Shown: piece by piece, positions 26,437 to 36,190 of the stretch | Layout of the letters: each line of letters opens with the position of its first letter | How positions within the stretch are numbered: position 1 is the stretch's first letter | Source: a virus | Taxonomy: Duplodnaviria; Caudoviricetes | DNA length: 59,836 nt | Virus record (IMG/VR): IMGVR_UViG_3300046791_000436 | Coordinates: 1 to 59,836 of that record | Direction: 5' to 3' (one strand) | Program-made: the position numbers and the translations under genes | The notes under the pieces: generated by a model | Told to the model about the DNA's origin: nothing | Seen by the model: only the letters and a program-made list of their open reading frames with translations | The model's database searches: none

Positions 26437-27790
26437 CGGAGAGCTTCCTTCCCTGCTGCGAAGCCTCGGTCGCCGTCTGACGCATCTGGCTCATGGTGTC
26501 CATCTGCCCCATGTCGAAGCGATCGGTGATGCGGCGCAGCAAGAAGTCGGTCGGCGCCAGGCCAAGCCCTGCCTCTTGGCTGCCAAGCGTGCTGCCGAGA
26601 ACCTTGCTGAAGATGCGCTGGTGCTGCTCGATGTAGAGCGTCTGGAAGGCCACCAGAGCGTTCGGCAGTTCGTTGGCCGCCGCCATCTTGCCGGGCGTGA
26701 CGATGCCAGCAAGCAGCGGCGGAACACGGTGAGCCGAGACGATGCCGAGTTCGATGCTCGGCCAGCTCTCGGAGATCTTTTCCCTGTCCTCGTTGGTGAG
26801 CCGCTCCAGCTTCACGTTGAGTTCTGGCTGCTCGAAGTTGAACACCAAGGTGCGATGCCGTTGGCCAGGACCGATCGTCTTCTTCAGGGCCTCCTTGATC
26901 TTGTCGATGTCTTCCTGATTCACCTTGCGGCCGGTCAGCAACAGCATCAGATCGGGCACCGCACGGTTCTGGTAGTAGTCGTTCTCGAACGACAGGGCAT
27001 GCTGCGCCAGCTCGAGCCAGACGATGCCTGCCAACCACTGCGGCAACCCGTAGTGCGGGCTCGCGGCGGTCGGCATCTTGAAGTGGACCAGCTCGGTGAC
27101 CCTCTCTTGGCCGAGAGTCGGGAACCGGCTCCTGAACTCCTCGAGATCCCCGAAGCGAGCGAACTTCAAGGTCTTGCCGGATGTGTCGTCGACCTCGAAA
27201 TGGAAGTCGGCTGCCTTGGCTTCCTGGTTCACGAAGACGGCAGGAGCCGGCACATGCCACAATTCGGTGACTGGACCTCCAGGGGTCTCCCTGATTGCCT
27301 CGAAATAGCCGTTGCCAGTGTTCTCGTAGTCTTCGCCGGTCTGGTTGATCAGAGATTGGAAACCAAACTCCCCGCACAGCGGATCGAGGATCTGCTCCAC
27401 CTTGCTCTGCGCGTCGTTCTGACTCGGGGGATCTACTTTGGCTACAGGTTTCGGCGGCGGCGCAGAAGGCTTGTCCTGTCCGAGGGCTCTCGACTGCATC
27501 ACCTGATCGAGCGCCTTCTTGTCCTCTCTCTTCTTCCGATCTTCTTCGGTCTCGAAACCAAGACCAACCGTCGCGTCTCGCTTCGTTTGGATGCACGTCA
27601 TCTGTGTGCTGACGGCATACATCGTATTGATAGCGTTGGTCATGTTGATCGGATGCGCGGCTCTCCCGACCGCGCGTCCGACAGACCTACCTTGCGGCAC
27701 CAGAGACTGCTTGATCAGTTCGATCCGCTGCGTCTCGGGGAAGAGGGGAGTCGATTCTTGGAAGATCGCAACGGTCTGGGCTTCTGACAT
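26420..27790 (-). CDS. Portal protein (PBSX/P2-type)
   Basis: TGNGYFE, HYGLPQW, YYQNRAVP and AHRVPPLLAGI. Likely start MSEAQ at 27790. Confidence 0.9.
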   Translation of the reverse strand: MSEAQTVAIFQESTPLFPETQRIELIKQSLVPQGRSVGRAVGRAAHPINMTNAINTMYAVSTQMTCIQTKRDATVGLGFETEEDRKKREDKKALDQVMQSRALGQDKPSAPPPKPVAKVDPPSQNDAQSKVEQILDPLCGEFGFQSLINQTGEDYENTGNGYFEAIRETPGGPVTELWHVPAPAVFVNQEAKAADFHFEVDDTSGKTLKFARFGDLEEFRSRFPTLGQERVTELVHFKMPTAASPHYGLPQWLAGIVWLELAQHALSFENDYYQNRAVPDLMLLLTGRKVNQEDIDKIKEALKKTIGPGQRHRTLVFNFEQPELNVKLERLTNEDREKISESWPSIELGIVSAHRVPPLLAGIVTPGKMAAANELPNALVAFQTLYIEQHQRIFSKVLGSTLGSQEAGLGLAPTDFLLRRITDRFDMGQMDTMSQMRQTATEASQQGRKLSDGLKQ

Positions 27791-27804
27791 GGCAAGAAGG
27801 GTAG

Positions 27805-28023
27805 TTAGTGCTGAGGCCTTTGCATAGTCGCAGCTCGAAAAGACTGGTTCATGTCGAGCTGCTTGCCACAGAAGGGGCAGAACTTGATGGCCAAAATCAG
27901 GTTGACAGGATCGACATAGAAATCGACTGCATCCAGAGGAGTCGGTTCGTCTCGGTGCCCGAGAATGCCGATCAAGAAATGTCGACGCATCGGGCAGCAA
28001 TAGTTCTCGATCGGCGGCGTCAT
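27805..28023 (-). CDS. Small zinc-binding protein
   Basis: YCC...IKFCPFCG. Confidence 0.6.
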   Translation of the reverse strand: MTPPIENYCCPMRRHFLIGILGHRDEPTPLDAVDFYVDPVNLILAIKFCPFCGKQLDMNQSFRAATMQRPQH

Positions 28024-28040
28024 GGCAGGAAATCCTCAAC

Positions 28041-28065
28041 CGAGAGGATAGCAGCTATCCTCTCG
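28041..28065. promoter_or_regulatory. Perfect palindrome in the divergent portal/head intergenic region
   Basis: CGAGAGGATAGC-A-GCTATCCTCTCG. Confidence 0.55.
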
Positions 28066-28115
28066 ACGCCCTACATCCGGTTGACGAGAACGAAGAAAGA
28101 AGCGACTCTTCTGGC

Positions 28116-29156
28116 ATGCGCCGCATCCGCAAGGCGAACATCTCCTTCATCTCCCTCGTGCCGGCAGGAGCCAACAAGCTCGCGCCGGTCTACAAGGCGG
28201 ACGGTTCCATCGAACTCGGCACCCTGATCAAGGTCGCTGACGGGTTCGACGAGCAAGGAGAACTGACGGCGGTCGTCTACGCCCCCGAGCACCGAGACAG
28301 TCAGGGCGACATCGCCGATGCCTCGGTGATCAAGGACGCTGCCTACGACTTCATCAGCAACGGCGCCAAGGTCGACATCAAGCACGACGGCAAGGCTGTC
28401 GGTCGCGACCGAGCGCGAGTCGGCGAAACGTTCCTCGTCCAGAAGACCGACGAGCGTTTCCACGGCTGGAAAGACCGCGAAGACAAGCCAGTGGATCTCA
28501 CCGGAGCTTGGGCGACGGTGATCAAGATCGACGATCCCGAACTGCGCAAGAAGTATCGCTCAGGCGAGTGGGCCGGTGTGTCAATGGGCGGCACCGCCAT
28601 CGTCGAGCAGGAGAAGGCCGGGCGTTTCGACGAGATGCTCGAGAAGCTGGCCAAGTTCCTCAACCCGCCCACCAATCCGCAACCCGAACCCGAACCTGAC
28701 ATGGACGAAACGAAGATGCTGAAGGCCATCAGCGATGGCTTCTCCACCATGACCGCCGAGCTGGTCAAGGCCCTCAAGCCGGAGCTGCCGAAGGCGCCCG
28801 AACCGAAGCCCGAAGAGAAGGCTCCGATCTTCAAGGGTCGCTACGACGATCCGCGGGCCCTCGAGCTGCACCAGCGCGAGACGGTGATGTTCCAGCTCCG
28901 CAAGGGCACGGACTTCTCCGACCCGGCGAGCCTGCAGGCCTACCGCGAACAGGTCGTCGCTCTGAAGGCGGCCTGGGTCGAGGAAGACAAGGCCGCCGGC
29001 ATCGAGACGAAGGTCTCGAAGGTCGGCCCGACCGTCGGCACGCCGCAGCTGCCGCTCGCCGAAGGCACCATCGAGGAGCAGACGGACTACGGCCTGGCTC
29101 TCGCCAAGGCCGCCAACGCGCGTGCGGGTTTCAAGCCCGTCGCGAAGGCGGTGTGA
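28116..29156 (+). CDS. Prohead protease (XkdF-like) with scaffold tail
   Basis: ISLVPAGAN, VYAP...DSQGD, DIKH and GEWAGVSMGG, then a helical Pro/Glu-rich C-terminus. Confidence 0.85.
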   Translation: MRRIRKANISFISLVPAGANKLAPVYKADGSIELGTLIKVADGFDEQGELTAVVYAPEHRDSQGDIADASVIKDAAYDFISNGAKVDIKHDGKAVGRDRARVGETFLVQKTDERFHGWKDREDKPVDLTGAWATVIKIDDPELRKKYRSGEWAGVSMGGTAIVEQEKAGRFDEMLEKLAKFLNPPTNPQPEPEPDMDETKMLKAISDGFSTMTAELVKALKPELPKAPEPKPEEKAPIFKGRYDDPRALELHQRETVMFQLRKGTDFSDPASLQAYREQVVALKAAWVEEDKAAGIETKVSKVGPTVGTPQLPLAEGTIEEQTDYGLALAKAANARAGFKPVAKAV

Positions 29157-29159
29157 TCC

Positions 29160-29624
29160 ATGGCCCTCGCCAACAACGACCTCTACTCGGAGACCACGCG
29201 CGCTGCGCTCGGTCGCATCCAGCCAGCGTCCGGTCCGGGTGCCGTGACTGCCAAGCCCTTCGCGGCTTCGTCCGGCGCGGCGGCCACCCTCGCGATCGGC
29301 ACGCCACTCGCGGTCAACACGTCGGGCTTCATGATCAAGCTCGTTCCCGCCGGCACGGCCACGGTCACGGTCAACGCGACCCCGGCCACTTACTTCGCCG
29401 AACAGGTCTACGCCATCGTCTGGCCCGCTGCGGTCACGATCGCGGCCTCTGGCGGCAGTGAGGTGGTCGGCTCGGTCATGCTCCGCGGCAGCGTCGGCCT
29501 CAAGGAGGTCTGCGATGGTCTCGGTGTCGCTGTCACGGACGCCAACACACTGCTTGCGCTCCGCAACCCCATCGTCCGCGAACGCGGCATCTTCATCGAC
29601 GACCTCACCCTGAGCCTCGGCTGA
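29160..29624 (+). CDS. Head decoration protein (gpD-like by position)
   Basis: Between protease and capsid; Ala/Gly/Thr-rich; LAIGTPL and RERGIF. Confidence 0.65.
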   Translation: MALANNDLYSETTRAALGRIQPASGPGAVTAKPFAASSGAAATLAIGTPLAVNTSGFMIKLVPAGTATVTVNATPATYFAEQVYAIVWPAAVTIAASGGSEVVGSVMLRGSVGLKEVCDGLGVAVTDANTLLALRNPIVRERGIFIDDLTLSLG

Positions 29625-29637
29625 GAGGAACTGACCA

Positions 29638-30720
29638 ATGCCCACACCAGTCATCACCAACACCCAGCTCGGCTGGGCGACTCTCAGCACGACGCTGTCG
29701 AACATCAAGCCGACTTCGTCGTTCCTCAAGCAGCTGTTCTTCGGCGACCGCACCGAGAACATGACGACCGAGTCGGTCGAGCTGTCCTATCTCGAGGGCC
29801 ACAACAAGATGGCTCCGTTCGTCGAACTGAGCGCCGAAGCCGTGCCCGTCGAAGGCAACAGCAACGTGTTCGCGAACGTCAGCTGCCCGAACATCAAGAT
29901 CAAGCGTCCCATGGACGCCTACAATGCCTTCCTGCGCCGGCAGCCGGGGACCGGGATCTTCGTCTCTGGCAACGAGGTCGCGGTTGCTCGCCAGGCGGCG
30001 ATCGTCGAAGACCAGCTCACGATGGCTCGCATGGTCGAGCGGCGCGAGGAGTGGATGGTCAGCAAGATGCTGACCGGAGTCGATTCCACCTACCTCATCC
30101 TGTCCTACCAGGACAGCACGAACCTGCGCGCGAACTTCCGCGTCCGCTACCCGCGGCCTTCGGGGCACGTCGTCACCGTGTCCACCAGCTGGGCCACGTC
30201 CACGGTCATCAAGCTCGACTTCCACAAGGCGAAGCGCAAGATGGCCCAGACGACCCGTCTCGTGCCGAACGTCGTGGTCCTCGGCAGCAACGCAGCGGAA
30301 CTGTTCATCACGAACACGGCTGTCTTGTCCTCGCTCGACAACCGCAACGTTTCGATCGGCAATCAGACCATGATGACCCAGTTCTCCGAGGCAGGAGCGA
30401 TCTTCCTCGGCAACTACTGCGGCATCGACGTGTGGGAATACTCGGCCGAATACATCGACGAAGACGGCACGACTTCCGTGCCCTACATCGGTGCCGATCA
30501 GGCCATCTTCCTCCACACCAGCCCGTCGAACGAGGCGAAGTTCCTCTATGGCGCGATCCCCGATCACGACGCCTTCGAGCAAGGCCTGTTCGTCGGGCAG
30601 CGCTTCAGCAAGGCCTGGAAGGTGCCGGATCCGTCCGTCATGACCCAGATGCTGCAGACGCGACCGATGCCCCTCGTGCGTCGTCCCGGCGCCGTCTACG
30701 CCCTCGACGTGACCCCATAA
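29638..30720 (+). CDS. Major capsid protein (lambda gpE family)
   Basis: FLKQLFF, MAPFV, RREEWM and W..PDPS...MLQTRPMP. Confidence 0.9.
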   Translation: MPTPVITNTQLGWATLSTTLSNIKPTSSFLKQLFFGDRTENMTTESVELSYLEGHNKMAPFVELSAEAVPVEGNSNVFANVSCPNIKIKRPMDAYNAFLRRQPGTGIFVSGNEVAVARQAAIVEDQLTMARMVERREEWMVSKMLTGVDSTYLILSYQDSTNLRANFRVRYPRPSGHVVTVSTSWATSTVIKLDFHKAKRKMAQTTRLVPNVVVLGSNAAELFITNTAVLSSLDNRNVSIGNQTMMTQFSEAGAIFLGNYCGIDVWEYSAEYIDEDGTTSVPYIGADQAIFLHTSPSNEAKFLYGAIPDHDAFEQGLFVGQRFSKAWKVPDPSVMTQMLQTRPMPLVRRPGAVYALDVTP

Positions 30721-30736
30721 CGAGGAGCAAGGTCCC

Positions 30737-31099
30737 ATGAAAATGCTCTTCGCTGCCGTCACGCTGGGGGTCCCTGGGACCATCAGCAGCCAGATCCAAC
30801 CGAACCACCGAATCCCGGACGGGACGTTCACGCCCGAGCAGATCGAACGGTTCATCAAGAAGGGCTACGTGCGCGAGATCGACTCCGATCCGGAACCGCA
30901 AGCTGTCCCGGTCGATCCCACTCCGATCGTCAGACCGACGAAAGGCAAGTGGGACTTCGAACTCGAGACGATCAAGGGCGACACGCTCGACGTGCTGAAC
31001 ATGAAGGCGCGCGAGCACGCGGCTGCGAGCAATCTGCAGCCCATCGAGCCCTTCGAAGACCTGAGCGAAGCTCTGGCCTTCATGACGATGGACGCATGA
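30737..31099 (+). CDS. Hypothetical head-associated protein
   Basis: GAGGAG SD; directly after the capsid gene. Confidence 0.65.
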   Translation: MKMLFAAVTLGVPGTISSQIQPNHRIPDGTFTPEQIERFIKKGYVREIDSDPEPQAVPVDPTPIVRPTKGKWDFELETIKGDTLDVLNMKAREHAAASNLQPIEPFEDLSEALAFMTMDA

Positions 31100-31102
31100 C
31101 CC

Positions 31103-33238
31103 GTGGCCGTCCGCTCGACTCTCCTCTCGATCGGCGACGAGAACGCCGCTGGAACGAGACCGATCAGCGAGCTGACGGCCATCAACGCGACCTTCGACGA
31201 TGTCCAGACCGACTGCTTCGTCTGGAACATCCAGGCCCAGGCATGGCAGAACATGCAGCCTGGCGTCAACACGAACACCAACTCGCCGGGATCCGATCGG
31301 TGGTCGTTCGAGTCGCGGTGGCGTGAAGGTCTGCGGACCAAGATCCCGACGGGCAACGTCTACGTCATCAAGTTCGTCGCGACGGACAGCACGCTGACGT
31401 TCCATAGCGCGAAGCCCTGCTGGTTCCCTCTCGCCTCGTCTTCCTACGCTGCGATGATCACCCAGGTCACCGCAGCTGCAGCAGCTGCTGCCCCGGATAC
31501 CCTGCGCATCGACGCAGCCTCGATCTGCGTGTTCGTTGCCGAGGTCTTGCTGCAGAAGGGCTGGCGCTCCTACGGCGAGAAGATGCGCGAGCTGATCGAT
31601 CTTCTGCGCGCCGACCTAGCTGCGATCCCCGGCGTAGCCGTGGGCTCCCTGCGAGGCGATGCCGGGCTGATGCCGGTGACGATCGTGCAACCGCACGGCG
31701 AGTTCTCGACCGGCTACACCGACGACCAGAAGGCCATCATCCTCTCGATCCGCACCCAGTGCGACGAACTGGCCAACGAGACCGACCGGGTCTCGGTGCT
31801 CCCGACGTTGCTGGCTGCCTGCACGGACGGCCTGAAGTTCGATGCGGCCTCTCTCGCCACGCTCGGATTCGACATGGCGAAGTCGTGGTATGCGCCAGTC
31901 CCTTTCGACGACAGCGCCCTACCCGAAGCGGCCCTGGTCATCTCCCTTGGCGACAGCATCCTCGACGGATCTGGACCAGCCCCGCACCCTGCGCATCTGA
32001 CCGGCGCCATGGTCGGAGCGAACATCTGGGTGCCCTACAAGGGCGTGTTCGAAGCTGCGCAGATCGGCGTCAACAACCTGATCTCTCTCTCGAACGCATT
32101 CAATCTCCTCGGCCCGGAAATGGTGTGGGGAGAGATGTTCAGAGCCGAGTATGGTGAAGTCTGGATGGTGAAAGGCACCCTCTGGGGAGGGTATGCCACT
32201 TCTCGCCGAGAAAGGGCTCTACTCGCCTTCAATCCTCTTCGCGACATCTGGCGCAACGATTTCGATCCGGGCACCCGTCATGGGATGTTCGATGCGGCAA
32301 TTCGCGGCTGGCTGCCGGAAGCCGTTCGCCAGTTGAGAGCCCAGAGCAAGAAGCCTCGCGTGCGCGCGATCTTCCTCGAGCTCGGCACCAACGACATCCT
32401 CTCGCCGGCCAGCATCGAAGCGGCCCAAGTGGTGTCTTCCTTGAAGCGCATCATCGACTACCTGCGCTTCGTCATCCTGCAGCTCGGTATCGGCACCGAA
32501 GACTTCCCCAAGGTCGTTGTCTGTGTTCCCGCACAGGGCCTGGATGCCGTTCCAGGCGTAGCACCTCGTCTGGAGCGCGTTCGTTCTGACCTGCGCAAGT
32601 GGGCTCTCGAAGACACGACGATCAAGCTGCAGGACATGACGGGCTACCCGACGAACGACGGCCTGCATCTGAACACAGCAGGAACTCTGTCGTTCGCGAA
32701 GGACGCCTTCGCCACCTGGCGAAGCACAGCAGATGCGACTGTGCAACCCTTGTTCGTGCCCTCGAAGCTGATGCTGACGAAGGCTCTTCGTCTCTCGAAG
32801 ATCAGCAAGAACAACGACGCTCTCAGCCAGATCGACGAAGCCATCTCCGTGAGCCGAGTCGAGCTCTACAAATCTCTTGGTGTAGGCCGAGTCACCGCGA
32901 TTCTCGGAATGGCCTATACGACCAACCCGATCACGGCCAACGACCACACTCGCATGCTGGCCAGCACCGTCGAAACAAAGATGGTGAAGAGGGAGCTGAT
33001 ACGAACCATGCCCATGATGTTCATGGACGGTTCGAACGCAGCACAGGCCTGGAGCGAAGAAGCGGCCTTCCGAGAAGGCAGCTACCTCCAAACACGAGAC
33101 GAGTTGCGTCGTTTGGAAGACGACATTCGAAGCGGCCTGACTTTGCTTCTCTCGGACGCCACCTACGCTCAAGCCGATGTGGTTTTCCCTGACACTTTCC
33201 ACAGCCCCGGTTCAACCGTCTATGGAGAGGTGATCTAA
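31103..33238 (+). CDS. Tandem SGNH esterase domains fused to a putative head-tail adaptor
   Basis: SLGDS, GPE, ELGTND and DGLH. The N-terminal copy is degenerate (SIGDE, DGLK). Helical ~160-aa C-terminus; gene sits at the neck position. Confidence 0.7.
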   Translation: MAVRSTLLSIGDENAAGTRPISELTAINATFDDVQTDCFVWNIQAQAWQNMQPGVNTNTNSPGSDRWSFESRWREGLRTKIPTGNVYVIKFVATDSTLTFHSAKPCWFPLASSSYAAMITQVTAAAAAAAPDTLRIDAASICVFVAEVLLQKGWRSYGEKMRELIDLLRADLAAIPGVAVGSLRGDAGLMPVTIVQPHGEFSTGYTDDQKAIILSIRTQCDELANETDRVSVLPTLLAACTDGLKFDAASLATLGFDMAKSWYAPVPFDDSALPEAALVISLGDSILDGSGPAPHPAHLTGAMVGANIWVPYKGVFEAAQIGVNNLISLSNAFNLLGPEMVWGEMFRAEYGEVWMVKGTLWGGYATSRRERALLAFNPLRDIWRNDFDPGTRHGMFDAAIRGWLPEAVRQLRAQSKKPRVRAIFLELGTNDILSPASIEAAQVVSSLKRIIDYLRFVILQLGIGTEDFPKVVVCVPAQGLDAVPGVAPRLERVRSDLRKWALEDTTIKLQDMTGYPTNDGLHLNTAGTLSFAKDAFATWRSTADATVQPLFVPSKLMLTKALRLSKISKNNDALSQIDEAISVSRVELYKSLGVGRVTAILGMAYTTNPITANDHTRMLASTVETKMVKRELIRTMPMMFMDGSNAAQAWSEEAAFREGSYLQTRDELRRLEDDIRSGLTLLLSDATYAQADVVFPDTFHSPGSTVYGEVI

Positions 33239-33291
33239 GTGGCACCCTTGGTTCGAGGTAAGGGCGGGGACCCCCGAATCATGGGCCAGGG

Positions 33292-33732
33292 GTGCCGCCT
33301 TTCGTGAACAAGGAAAAGATCTACAACGCTCTTCTTGCTCTGGCAAAGGAAGGCTCATTCTACGAATGTGTCATCGATGTCGAAACAGGAGAGATGTCGA
33401 TCGACACGGAGACTCCGATCTCCACAGAATCGATGTCGTTCGCCGCTAGCGAAATCAACAGCACTTTCAGAACCTCTCGCAACTACCGAAGAAATCTAGC
33501 GGACGAAAGAGAGTCTTGGATCTGGATCGTCCGCCTCGGCTTCGTCGGCGTCACGGTCAGCTTCGAGACCTGGGAAGAACAGCTCATCGAACGCGAGATC
33601 AGGATTCCTGGGACATCCTTGTTTGCACGTCTCTCTGCTTCCGATTACAACCCACCTCCGCAGGCCAGCCCGAACAACGGCGGCGCGGCAGAGTTTGCTT
33701 TTCAGATCACCTCCGAATCCTTGAGGAAGTAA
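33292..33732 (+). CDS. Putative tail terminator / neck protein
   Basis: Acidic 146-aa protein just upstream of the tail tube genes. Confidence 0.55.
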   Translation: MPPFVNKEKIYNALLALAKEGSFYECVIDVETGEMSIDTETPISTESMSFAASEINSTFRTSRNYRRNLADERESWIWIVRLGFVGVTVSFETWEEQLIEREIRIPGTSLFARLSASDYNPPPQASPNNGGAAEFAFQITSESLRK

Positions 33733-33735
33733 CCA

Positions 33736-34581
33736 ATGCCCGGCGTCAACCTGACCGGTAAGCCGCAGACGAGTGACCTTGTCCTCGGTCGCGGATCTCT
33801 CAACTTCGCGCTGCTCGATGCGACCACCAAGAAGCCCCTCGGCTTCCGGCATCTGGGCAACTGCACGAACTTCGCCCTGACGATGGAGACCGAGGTGCTC
33901 GAGCACTTCAGCTCGCGCACGGGCATCCGCTCGATCGACCGCGAGATCATCTTGACCCAGAAGTGCGGGGTCTCGATCACGCTCGACGAGAACAGCTACC
34001 AGAACCTCGCTCTGTGGTTGTCGGGAGCTGCGACGGCAGCGGTGACCAACCCAGCCCGCACGACGGTCACCAACCAGCTGATCTCCTCGTCGGCTTTCAA
34101 GGGCTTCACCTACCAGCTGGTGAACTCCTCTGGCGATCGTCTGATGGACACCGCAACCGGCACGCTGGTCGTGAAGGCCGGACCGACCACAGGCCAGGAA
34201 AACACCCTGACGCTCGGCACCGACTACGAACACGACAGCAAGTGGGGCCTGATCTTCCTGATCCCAGGCGGCGGTGTGACCGATACGTGGAAGGTGACCT
34301 ACACCTACACGACGGCCAGCAACGAGAAGGCGATCGACACCGTCGACATCCTCACGCAGACCAAGATCAGCGGCTTCCTCCGCTTCATCATGATCAACGC
34401 TGCCAATAGCGACAAGCAAGAGATCCTCGATCTCCACAGCGTGACGTTGAAGGCGGACGGAGAGATGCAGCGAATCGGCGACGAGTTCGCGTCGATGACA
34501 TTCACCGGCTCTGCCGAACGCAACGAAGTCGGATACCCAACTTCGCCGGTCGGAAAACTCTACTTCCACGCGGACGCCTGA
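33736..34581 (+). CDS. Major tail tube protein (paralog 1)
   Basis: LGRGSL, RHLGNC.NF, TLDE, GTDY and IGDEFASMTFTG. Confidence 0.8.
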   Translation: MPGVNLTGKPQTSDLVLGRGSLNFALLDATTKKPLGFRHLGNCTNFALTMETEVLEHFSSRTGIRSIDREIILTQKCGVSITLDENSYQNLALWLSGAATAAVTNPARTTVTNQLISSSAFKGFTYQLVNSSGDRLMDTATGTLVVKAGPTTGQENTLTLGTDYEHDSKWGLIFLIPGGGVTDTWKVTYTYTTASNEKAIDTVDILTQTKISGFLRFIMINAANSDKQEILDLHSVTLKADGEMQRIGDEFASMTFTGSAERNEVGYPTSPVGKLYFHADA

Positions 34582-34599
34582 TAGGCACAAGGAACAACC

Positions 34600-35580
34600 A
34601 TGGCACTCGATCTCATCGGTGGCACTCCAGGCAACTATGTCCTCGGACGTGGCAAGCTCTACATCCAGGGCGAGTTCTCTGCGCAGCCTCTCGGTTGGCG
34701 CGATGTGGGCAACTGCACTGCCTTCACCGTCAACCAGGAGAGCGAGAAGAAGGAGCACCAGAGCTTCCTCACAGGCATCAAGACGATCGACCTCGAGGTC
34801 GCGATCTCGACCAAGGTCAACGTCTCGTTCACCCTGGACGAGGTTGCCAACTTCCTGAACCTCGCTCAGTTCTTCAGCGGCGAAGCCTTCAGCTACCCCT
34901 ACCTGGGCAGCAACATCATCAACGCGGCCAACGTCGACTCGGAATCGGTGGCCGATGCGATGTGGGGTGGCACCGGCCCGGTGCATGCCACGACCCAGAA
35001 CTTCCAAATGGCCGCCGTGCGGCGCAGTCTCTGGTATGACCTGTCGCTCAAGTTCTCGGCGACGGTGGCCGCGATTGCCGGCGGCGACATCTTCCGCGCC
35101 TACAACTTCCAGAGCGATCAAGTCTTCGAGGTCAGGAAGAACCCGACGACGCGCACCTCCAACGATGGCACTCTGCTGGTCGAGGGCACCGACTACACTC
35201 TCGACAAGAAGGAAGGCCGCATCAAGCTGCTGCCGGCTCTGACGTGGAACGAGGTCTCCGACGTGCTGCGTGTCGGCTGGTCTCGCCCGACCGATCCGGC
35301 GCCGGGCAGCCCTGCCGGCTTGGATCTCTACCTCGACTACGTCAAGATCCTGACGAAGAGCGCCCAATCGGTGGGCCTCAAGTTCGTCTTGGAGAATCCG
35401 AACGACTCCGACAAGCACACCGAGTTCGAGTTCTTCAAGGTGAAGCTGAATCCCGAAGGAGACTTCGCCGGCATCGGCGATGACTGGGCTTCGATCTCCT
35501 TCACGGGCGTCGCTTCCTCCATCGCCAGTCCGCCTGTGATGGCCAGCCCGTATGGCCGCATCACCGGCTCTCGTGCCTGA
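34600..35580 (+). CDS. Tail tube protein (paralog 2)
   Basis: LGRGKL, RDVGNC.AF, TLDE, GTDY and IGDDWASISFTG. Confidence 0.8.
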   Translation: MALDLIGGTPGNYVLGRGKLYIQGEFSAQPLGWRDVGNCTAFTVNQESEKKEHQSFLTGIKTIDLEVAISTKVNVSFTLDEVANFLNLAQFFSGEAFSYPYLGSNIINAANVDSESVADAMWGGTGPVHATTQNFQMAAVRRSLWYDLSLKFSATVAAIAGGDIFRAYNFQSDQVFEVRKNPTTRTSNDGTLLVEGTDYTLDKKEGRIKLLPALTWNEVSDVLRVGWSRPTDPAPGSPAGLDLYLDYVKILTKSAQSVGLKFVLENPNDSDKHTEFEFFKVKLNPEGDFAGIGDDWASISFTGVASSIASPPVMASPYGRITGSRA

Positions 35581-35605
35581 TCCCCAAGAAACCTAGGTCC
35601 CCACC

Positions 35606-36190
35606 ATGGCTCTCGTGCTTCCTTTCCTCGCACCGCGGTTCGAAGAACACCCGGTGCAAGGCACTCTCCAGAAGTTCTACCCCATCAGCACGCGCATGCT
35701 GTTCCAGATGCGCTCGGCGGCCAAGCCGGTGGCTCGCGCCATCGCCACGCTCTTCGGCGACACGAAGAACGACATCGGCACCGAGCACGTCCAGAGCGAC
35801 CAGCACCAGCGCACGACGATCACGGCTGCCACAGCCGAAGTCAGCAAGATGCGCTACGAGCAGCGTCAGGCCGCGATCGAGCAGTTGATCGAAGGCCTGA
35901 TGGGAGAAAGCAGCTCACATCTGCTGGTCTCCCTGATCGCCGACTCGATGCGCGAGCTGTTCCCCAAGGAGCTCGGGCAGCAAGACCGCGAAGAGTTCTT
36001 GAAGACGGTCCCGGCCGACAACCTGATCGAGATGCTGCAGGGAGTCGGCAAGGTCAACAGGAAGCTCTTCGACCCTTTGAAGGAGCGGGTGGCGAACGTG
36101 TCGACCACCCTGAAAGCCGTTCTCGCCGACCGATTCGGAAGCACGCCCAGCGCGCCGTCCGAGGCGACAGCGACGACCGGCTCTGGCTAG
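35606..36190 (+). CDS. Tail assembly chaperone (gpG-like)
   Basis: Between tail tube and tape measure genes; carries a slippery heptamer. Confidence 0.75.
   Translation: MALVLPFLAPRFEEHPVQGTLQKFYPISTRMLFQMRSAAKPVARAIATLFGDTKNDIGTEHVQSDQHQRTTITAATAEVSKMRYEQRQAAIEQLIEGLMGESSSHLLVSLIADSMRELFPKELGQQDREEFLKTVPADNLIEMLQGVGKVNRKLFDPLKERVANVSTTLKAVLADRFGSTPSAPSEATATTGSG

Noticed and set aside
26372-27787. Long + strand ORF opposite the portal, and similar antisense ORFs elsewhere
   Set aside because: GC-rich antisense shadows; the opposite strand carries clear family motifs.
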